Both the position numbers and the translations under genes were made by a program. This document shows positions 1 through 9,200 of a stretch of DNA of 20,000 nucleotides, one piece after another (position 1 is the stretch's first letter; every line of letters begins with the position of its first letter). The stretch is from the NCBI GenBank assembly GCA_023231475.1, contig JALJEE010003284.1, positions 58,604 through 78,603 on the forward strand. Reading direction: 5' to 3'. The stretch comes from Seison nebaliae. Its lineage: Eukaryota. Under the pieces are notes generated by a model. The model was not told the origin of the DNA, did not search any database, and saw only the letters and a list, made by a program, of their open reading frames with translations.

Positions 1-177
1 CCGATCCACCATCGAAAAATCAGTTACATCAGCAGAAGTTAAACGACTCCTCTCCACATTCGGATCGATCAAACCATCACTACTTATCGCATGTTCCACA
101 CACAACTTCCTCCAGAATTCCATTCCGATCTGATTTCCACATTGTCCCAATTGCAACGTAATTATTCCACGTGGCAT
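1..177 (-). CDS. TUBG1: Gamma-tubulin, N-terminal 59 codons (gene continues off the left edge; absent from the ORF track)
   Basis: Minus strand from ATG at 177 reads [59 protein letters not shown]. This matches the gamma-tubulin N-terminus ([28 protein letters not shown]...DR). Confidence 0.95.
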   Translation of the reverse strand, partial: MPRGIITLQLGQCGNQIGMEFWRKLCVEHAISSDGLIDPNVERSRLTSADVTDFSMVDR

Positions 178-442
178 TTCTCAATTCCGAAAAGTTAAAT
201 TGTCTCTGATTCCCGAAAATATGATAAGGGATAATCGTAAAATATTGAAAGAAAGAATGTTTTATTTGATAAAAAAAAACAAATGTTTTCCTTTTTTTTT
301 TCAATTTAAAAATGTCAAAAAAATATATTTTATTTTTCTTTCAATTTTACATACATTTTCCAAATGTGAAGCTTATGAAGATATTTGGAGGAATTTTCAT
401 TTTATTTAACTTAAAACGCAAAACCGACTTACAAAACGACAT

Positions 443-2406
443 TTAAATATAAAGATCAACATCAGTTTTCGAAATTCTTTCGATTCCCAATTTCTGGAAA
501 TAATTATCAATTTTTTCTTGATCTATTTCAAAAAAGGAGAAATATATTTCAAATTAAAAAAGAAAAATTACAAATATAATTTAAACTTGCTAAATTGATA
601 ATTTTCTTCCAATAACTTCCGTAATCTCCCAAATCGTCCTCACCTGTCATTTCATCATTAGGACCTTTAGAATCGAAAAGTGAAATTTGAGAATATGATT
701 CTAATAATTGTCTCATATTATCTTCACTCAATGCATTCATTTCTAATAATTGTTTAATTTTTCCTTTTTTCGGTCGTGGTCTACCTTTCATTATTGGCGG
801 AATATTCTCAGCTCGTGGAATACGTTTTGTTGAATTATCCTCACAATTTCTCTTACGATAACGATTATTTTGAATAATGTTATTATTCCTAAAAACCGAT
901 TGTGCTGGCATCAAATCTTTCGAATTACAATTCCGAATAATTTTTATTGGAGTTTCAGCGATAGTCGTTACACGAGGAATCGTCATCATTTTATATTTGA
1001 CATTTGGTGGTTTGGAATGATAATTATTTTCAATTCGATTATTCATTGTTGATCGATATGGAATTTCTTTTGAAATTTTTCTCTTTAAATTTCCACGTTC
1101 CAATTTATCTTGACCATTCAAATTGTGAATTATTTTATAATTATAATTTTTCTTAGAAATATCATCGTCAATCTCTTGACCATCAACAGATGATTCATTT
1201 AATGTTAATGTTGAAATTGGTTGAGATGATGAATTTGAATCTATCGATTTCTGTGTCGAATCAATAAACGATGAAATTGTGGTGGAAGGTTGAAGTGAAT
1301 GATCTGAATTAATTTCTTTCAATTTGAATCTTTTCGATCTTCTCATCTTCTCGGAACTTCCCAATTTTCCTTCATTTCTCAAGCACATATCAATCAATGA
1401 GCAAATATCGACTTTCTTCTCTATTTCGAATTCATACAACTTCCTCAATAACATATCTAAAAATCATCATAATAAATTTTAAACGGTTTTTAATTACTAA
1501 CAAAATTCTCTACTTTGTTCCATTTTTGGTGTATTTATATGATGAGTGAATGTTTCCTTCAATCTGGAAAAATGAAACGAAAAATTATTTTCATCAAAAA
1601 AATTAACTGAATTAGATAATCGGAATAAGAATGTTTATCGCTCGGGAATTTGTTAATTATTCGATGAATTACTTCATAATCATATTTTATCTCATCAGTC
1701 AAATAAATTTCTTTAATAAAACGTTGAATGAATTCGTGAGTCTCAGTCAATGTCCATTTACCCACGGAAGAAGTTTGACCTAAAATAATTTATAAAAATT
1801 TAAAAAAAAAATATTAAAATTGAAATATAATTTAGATGAACTTTTATAATGTGCTTCTTCAAAATTCTTTCCTGATATTCTTTCTAAATCCGAAAGGAAT
1901 TGTTTATAGCAAGTCGAATGATATTTTGCTTTCTTATCCACCAAACCAGAAACATGATAAAAACGATAAATGTAAAGTGGATGAATTTTAGATAATTCTC
2001 GAATTTTTCGACATGTTCCTTGACGTTTCGCCAGAACGATACGCTCTGACGTTTCCATTTGACAGAAAATACATTTCACATAATCCACCACATACAAATC
2101 GTGAAGAAATTTACCGTTCTGATGGTTATGATTAGGTAGGTTTATTTTGACTTGAAGAAAATTTCCGTTTTTTTTTGCTAACATTGACATGAGACATTCG
2201 GAATTGTCGATCTCCTTAAACTTATGAGAACAGATGTAGGAGATTTCTTCATATTTCAATTCGGTATGTTTCACCGAATCATCAAAATTCAGATCTTTAT
2301 ATCCATTCCGTCTCAATTTCATATCCTCTTCCGATTCATAATCCTCAATCGCTTTCGACAACTCTTGGAACGAACTATATTTCGCATTATGCTTCAATTT
2401 CACCAT
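443..2406 (-). CDS. Uncharacterised ~582-aa protein: N-terminal MULE-type WRKY/FAR1/ZSWIM3_N-like Zn domain, a second CxxC...HxxC motif and a long S/N/K/R-rich tail
   Basis: Exons 2406-1842, 1779-1608, 1563-1502, 1456-587 and 522-443 join in frame through GT-AG introns of 62, 44, 45 and 64 nt (donors GTTCAT, GTTAAT, GTTAGT, GTTTAA) to TAA at 445-443. The pattern YSSFQELSKAIEDY...YEEISYICSH...C...LQVKINLPNHNH resembles MULE-derived DNA-binding domains, followed by KCIFCQ...AKYHSTCY. The last donor and the true start are less certain. Confidence 0.65.
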
Positions 2407-2830
2407 TTGTTCTCCGATAAATTTTTGATAACGATAAACCTTTTTCGCCTACTTAATTTTTTGAGAGAAAGTCTTAAGCTTAAAAATAGCACAATTCCAC
2501 TTTGGAAAAAATTGAGCTGAAAATTTTTGAAGAAAAAATTTGGAAAAAAATTTATTGATTTACAAATATATTTATTATGAACCATATTTTTATTAAGTGA
2601 GGTTATTGGAAGACTAGGTATTTGAGAGAATAACTCCAAAAATTATTATTCTTTATCGGACTTTTATTTTTAGTTATTTAAATTTTTTGAAGCTTTTTTA
2701 TAAGTTTTCTTCCATTATCAGTTCCATTAGAATCTAATGGAATCTAATGAATAGATACTTCAGCAACAATCCTTTTATCTAATTAGAATTTTAGCAATTA
2801 GAATCGAATGATTAGAAAATGAGGAACGAT

Positions 2831-4250
2831 TTAATTAATCAAATTCAAATTATTTATTTTTAAGATGATTTGTTGTTCGGGAAGATTGTTATTCAATTCT
2901 ATAATTCTTATCATACGATTTATAATCTTCTTGTATTTGTCGGAGAAGTGAATTGGTAAATTTTGAAGCATATCATTGTTCATCGACCGACTCAAAACAT
3001 TCAATTGACAAAAAGAAGTTTTTCTTAGTTTCTCCTCATTCGAAGACTTTTCCGATGGAGATTTCGTGATTTTCTCACAGATATTATAAAGAATCCGATT
3101 AAGTAATTTGAATCGAGCGATCTTATGGATAATTTTATTCGAATGATTGATCGTTAACGGTTTATTGCTTCGCATGAAACGGAAAAATTCTTGAATATTT
3201 GATGAACGATATTGATTTCCTAATTGTGATAGAAAAGTTTCTTTTAATACTTCGAAGATCATTTGATCAAATCTGGAAATATGATTGAAAATAAATTTAA
3301 AAAAATATTATAATATAAAAAAACTTTAAATATTTTTCAGCTAATGGTCTCATTTCTTCGATTTTTTTATTAGGTAAATAGTTTCCATTAGTTTTCTCAT
3401 TTTGAATGAATGCAAATAAATAGAAATCGATATGGATTTTATGAGAGAAGAGCAACAATGATAAATAGCTATACTCTTTCAATAAGATTAATTGATAAGA
3501 ATTTTTTAAACTGTTAATCCAATAATTTATTTTGTCGAGATCTGAGGAATGAGGTAAAAACTGCAATTTATCTTTTTGGCAATTGCTCAACAATGATTGA
3601 CATAATGAATTCCTGATATTGTTAATACATTGATAATGGAGATATTTGTTCGATATCGAATTCTTTCGTAGACTTTCATATTGAAAGAATTTTTCCGAAA
3701 TATTCAGTCGTTTCATCGAAAGGAAAAGTTCTTTGGCATCCGAGAAAACTAATCCCTTACAATGATTAGTTAACCAAACTTCGTCCTTCAGTTTATTCAT
3801 TAATGTAACAAAAGGATCTTCCAATAAAAGTATATTTAATGTATGAACATTCACTTCAAATTTACGACGTATCTTCTTTCTCTCGGCTAACGGAAATAAA
3901 TTGTATTGAAATGACTTTCCGGTATCTAATCGATTTTGAGCGATATTCTTCGATAGTATCGTACTTGGAATATTATTCTTAATGTTATTTCGAATAACAA
4001 CATACGCTGATTTCGTTCGATATTCCAAATTGTTTATCAATTTTAATTTATTCAAAATATTTCTAAAAATGGGATTTTGGAATTCTCCAATATATTGCAC
4101 CAAATAAATATCATGAGTTCGATATTTGTCCTTTTCATAATTATCATCCTCATTCGACATTAAATGACTCCAAACCACCCATATGAGGAAGCATGCTCCA
4201 ACATTCAGAAGAAGACGCTTTCTCCCAAACATCATTTCAAAATCGTTCAT
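2831..4250 (-). CDS. Galactose-3-O-sulfotransferase (GAL3ST)-like type II membrane protein, ~455 aa, with degenerate PAPS motifs
   Basis: Exons 4250-3325 and 3272-2831, with a 52-nt intron 3324-3273 (GTTTTT...CAG) joining YLK-FDQMIF. N-terminal TM segment LLLNVGACFLIWVVWSHLM. The blocks IFRNILNKL, ILLLEDPF and INSLKNSYQLILLKEYSYLSLLLF resemble GAL3ST blocks (QNIL.R, TILRDP, F.LV.I.EYFDESL.LL). Family call is by motif recognition only. Confidence 0.6.
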
Positions 4251-4294
4251 TCATTTTAGCCTCACCATCTTTATAAATGATGAAGGACGCTCAA

Positions 4295-4302
4295 TGACGT
4301 CA
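4295..4302. promoter_or_regulatory. Perfect CRE/ATF-type palindrome TGACGTCA ~45 bp upstream of the GAL3ST-like ATG
   Basis: Exact 8-mer in a promoter-proximal position; function untested. Confidence 0.25.
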
Positions 4303-5624
4303 AATACCAAATCTAGGCATTTGATAGATGTGCTAACGAAACTGAAAGTTTAATCTAAACAATTATCAACATTTTAAAATGACAATCAACGAATTATGGT
4401 GATTTGGTCACCTGCAAGATGGTTACTTTGGCTACGTATTTTAACAAAAACGATGATTTGGCCATCCATGTTCTACACAAAAGAGGTGGTCAAATCATTA
4501 TTAATCTTTTAGTGAATTATCTTTTTTTTTTCAACTTTTCCGAACTTACGTAGGAAACAATAGTTTGGAGAAATCATCGTGTGTCCAATCAACGTCGAAT
4601 GTTTAGCATTTGAATGTAAATTAGATAATCTCACTAATAGGATCTCCATATTGTCTCCAGACAATTTTAGTAACCAACTAAAAATAATGAGCATATTGAC
4701 TACATGAACAAGGACAGTTTTGATAGTTTCTTCTTAAGTTCGGATATTTCTGTTACTTATTTGTGCAATATTTAGATTTTAGAAAAGTTTTACATTCATG
4801 CATCTAATAAACGTATTACAGATGTTTGAAGAACAATATCAGTAATACTATGTAACTCTATAGTGACTATATATTACTAGTGACTATGTTATATAGTATA
4901 TAACATAAAATTTATACATTATTACTTTCCTTGTAAGCATCCTATTAGAAATTTATTATCATTAATATTTATTATTGAAATTTCAGTCAGGTTAAATAGG
5001 AAAATAATTTTAAAAAATTTCCATCTTCATCAACGTTGATGAGATATTTATTTATGAAATATATTATGTTAACGTTGATTTGATGAAACTACCATAAATA
5101 TGGAATAACATTAATCCTGATTATCTGATCATTTTAATTTTAGACTATTTATTACTTACAAAGTTAGTAAAAAAAGTTACTTATTGTTAGTTATTTTTTT
5201 TTTTATTATTATAATAACAAATCCCCGAATGAGGTTATATGCTCGATCGATGCAAAGTAACGATTTATGCGTGCTTGATAGGGAGATGGCGAGACCATAA
5301 ACGCCACAACAAAAAGTCACAAATAGACAAAGTTTCAAAGGAATTGAAAAGTATTTGCGCTTGTGATGAAAGGAATAAAACAACCGAAGAAATTTACAAT
5401 GGATCTTATCTGTCAAATCCGATGACTTCTTTTTGTTATCTATCAGACATCCCAGGAATTCAATTTCTTAAGCACACTACGAGCGGAAGAAAGCCAGCAT
5501 CCGAGAAGAGCATTGATGGGCTTTTCGAAAGCCAGTTCTTGTAGAAAGCGGAATACGTGTGTGGTTGTAAATGTTTAACCATAAGATGTCTGGTGACGGA
5601 TCCACTTATGTTTAAGCGATTGTA

Positions 5625-5770
5625 AAGTATTCTTTGTTAAAAGGCGGATTTTTAGCCGTGACATTAAGCTTAATCGAAAATCAGTTTAACATAAAACAAA
5701 TGTCTAACAATGTAAGAGGGTTTTTTTTAACTGTCTTGGATAAAAATCCGTCTTTGAACAAAGTATACTG
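5625..5770. mobile_element. Non-autonomous MITE, Tc1/mariner-pogo type (~146 bp, ~40-bp imperfect TIRs, TA target-site duplication)
   Basis: Left end aagtattctttgttaaaaggcggatttttagccgtgaca matches the reverse complement of the right end, cagtatactttgttcaaagacggatttttatccaagaca. TA flanks both ends (5623-5624, 5771-5772). No ORF inside. Confidence 0.8.
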
Positions 5771-6287
5771 TAAAGAGGATCGAATGAAGTGAAGGAACAG
5801 TTATATATATTATATTTATAATTTAGTAAATATTCATTAATTGTGGAAAGTTTAATATAATTCGGTTAGTGTTAAGTTGAGGAAAGACACTCACTAATAA
5901 GTAAGAGGTTGAAGTAACAGAATGTAAATAAGGTGAAAACGAGAAACTTCAACAATAAGAGAATAAATACAGGAAACGAGATAAGTAATGGTGTGGAGGA
6001 GACAATTTAAAATAATAGTCGTCGAGTAGATGAACATGCGTGAATTACACATCAGCACAAAGAACGAACGACAATTAAGAATGACGATAAAGAAAATAGA
6101 ATTTAAGATGACTAACGGAATTCTACGAGAATTCATTGGATTACTTAAATTTTGTGATCTGCGATAAAGTAACTTTCGAAATTTGGGCTTCCAATATTTC
6201 GTTGGATGGAATATTTTCTCATCATTTGGAATTCAATTACAACCTAAATTTTATGTAAAATAATTCATTTCAATTCTCATCACCCAA

Positions 6288-9200
6288 ATGACGTCCGTGG
6301 AACTTTATACAAAAGTTAGAAACGATTTTCATTCATCAATTCCCTCCAATATTCGCTAATTAATTGCTAACTAATTCTAATAAATTTCATTCTAATCTTA
6401 TTTCACAGCAACATAACGTTCTTTCATTCGGCTCTCGAAAAGAACACATTCGCAGTGTATGTCCATTCATTGAACACCAAAAGAAATTTCTTTCTTTTTA
6501 TTTCATTAAGTTTCAAAATCTTTATTTCTCATTTTTATTTTGCAATATTTTTTCAAAATTTTTTTCCTACGAAATTTATTCATTTAATTTTTTTTCCTCT
6601 TCTAAGTTTTTTTCCAAAATTATTTCCATTTCATTTTTTTTCAAAATAAATAAAAATTATTGTTATTAATAAAGGGCGCCCGGATATGGTTACCTGATGG
6701 TGATAGTGTGTGGGTGGGGGCGGAATTGCTTGATAATTATGCGGAAAATCAGACAAAGTATCGTGCTAAAGTAGATGATGGTGATTTGATTGAGATCAAT
6801 ATTCAACCAAATCTCATGCCACCGATGAGAAATCCACAAATTCTCACTGCCCAAAATGATTTGACTTCCCTCTCTTATTTAAATGAACCGGAAGTGTTGT
6901 ACAATATCCAATTACGTTTCCAATCTAGTCAGATTTACACGTATTGCGGAATCATATTGGTGGCGTTAAATCCATATGCAGCACTTCCTATTTATGGTAA
7001 TGAAGTGATCGAAGCTTATAGTGGAAACGATACGAGAGATTTCGATCCTCATATATTCGCCGTTGCCGAAGAAGCGCTTCAACAAGTTCGCACATATCAG
7101 AAAAATCAATCAATTATCGTTTCGGGTGAAAGTGGTGCAGGAAAAACTGTATCAGCCAAATATGCGATGAGATATTTCGCCAATGAAGGTGGTTCGAGTG
7201 AAGAGACTCAAATCGAGAAACGAGTTTTAGCCTCAAATCCAATCATGGAAGCATTCGGTAACGCGAAAACAACAAGAAACGATAACAGTAGTCGATTTGG
7301 AAAATATATCGAAATTAATTTCGATAAGAAATATCGAATAGTTGGAGCTAATATGAAAACGTATTTATTGGAGAAATCACGAGTCGTCTATCAATCAGGA
7401 AATGAGAGAAATTATCATATCTTCTATCAACTTCTCACACAACGTATGGAGGTCGATATGGAAATATTATCGTTGGATGAACCATCAAAATATCGATATT
7501 TGAATCAAGGTTCTCTATCTTTCTTTTCCGTTCAATATTTTTATGTTTTATCTAATTGAAATAATTTTTGGATTTATATTTCACGAAATCGTAATTTTCA
7601 TCTTTTTTCTCATCTCGAATTAATTCTCGATTATTGTTTGCATCTTTGGAATTTGAATGAATAATTTCCCCATTTTTTCCTTCTGAATATTTGAAAATTT
7701 TTCTTTTCTCTTTTCCATTTATTAATGTTTGAATATAATTTAATTAATTAATTCTCGAAAAATAATTTTTGAAATTTTTAAAAATTATTTTATTCAGGAA
7801 ATTGTCTGACGGTGGAGAGTATTGACGATGGTCTACGATTCCAGGAGATGTATGAAGCATTCCAGATATTGGGTATCGATGAACAAAACATCAATACCGC
7901 TTTCCGATTATTGGCATCAATTCTCCATTTGGGAAATGTGAAATTCTCATCGAGAGATTCCGAATCGTGTTATGTGGAAGATGGGAATGTGGAAATACAA
8001 TTGATATCTCAATTACTTCATATTGATGGGAAAGAATTAAGTAAGTGGTTGTGTGAAAAACGATTAGAGACGGTGGGTGAGACATTACAGATAAAATTGA
8101 AGAAAAATGAAACAGAACATGGACGTGATGCATTAGCGAAACATTTATATTCGAAATTATTCGATTGGATTGTTAATGAAGTGAATAATTCGTTTCATTC
8201 GAAAGAACGTCACAAATTCATCGGAGTATTAGACATTTATGGATTTGAAACATTTCCTACTAATTCATTCGAACAATTTTGTATTAATTATGCTAATGAG
8301 AAATTACAACAACAATTCAATCGACATGTCTTCAAATTGGAACAAGAAGAATATAAATTGGAAGAAATTAAATGGGCCTATATCGATTTTTATGATAATC
8401 AGCCATGTATCGATATGATCGAAGGTCGTCTCGGTATTTTGGGATTGTTGGACGAAGAATGTTTAATGCCACGTGGAAATGATATGAGTTGGTGTGAGAA
8501 ATTATATAAGAAATTTTTGAATACTTCACATTTTGATAAACCGAAAATTGGACGACAACATTTTACCATTTCTCATTTCGCTGAACATGTCAAATATGAT
8601 TGTCGCGGTTTTCTTGAGAAGAATCGTGACACTGTTCTCCATCAACAAATCGACGTAATTCGAACTTCACAATTAGATTTAATTGAATTATTATTCGCTG
8701 ATGAAATACCATCAATGAATCAAGATCGAAAATCAAAATTGAAACGAAAAAGAACGGTAGGAAATCAATTTAAAGAATCATTAAATTTATTGATGGAAGC
8801 ATTAGATTCCACTAATCCACATTATATACGTTGTATTAAACCGAATGATGAGAAAGCTGCTTTCAAAATCGATCGTCGTCGAGTCGTCGAACAATTACGT
8901 GCTTGTGGCGTATTGGAAACGGTGAGAATAAGTGCGGCCGGTTTTCCCTCACGATGGTCATATTCTGAATTCTTCCAACGATATCGTTTACTACTTACAC
9001 AAAAGACGGAAATGGGTGAAAAAATAAAACGTCGACGTCAATCGTCGGTGACATTAAGAATGTTCCATAAAACGATGTCGGAAGATATCATCAAACGAAT
9101 TATTCCCGATGAGGAGAAATATCAATTTGGTAAAACAAAAATTTTTTTTCGTGCAGGTCAAGTGGCATTCATGGAGAAATTACGATCGGAAAAAATGTAC

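Noticed and set aside
80..409. ORF-track ORFs 80..304(-) and 200..409(+)
   Set aside because: The real coding frame is gamma-tubulin from ATG 177 in another frame; these are shadow or AT-rich ORFs.
4861..5079. Short palindromes (4885-4907, 5027-5042) and duplicated TAGTGACTAT; a similar palindrome at 2722-2742
   Set aside because: Short and AT-rich with no regular repeat-spacer structure; not CRISPR-like and not clearly above chance.
5894..6669. ORFs 5894..6136(-), 6364..6669(+) and 6455..6649(+)
   Set aside because: Low-complexity F/I/L-rich translations of upstream or intronic sequence with no motifs.
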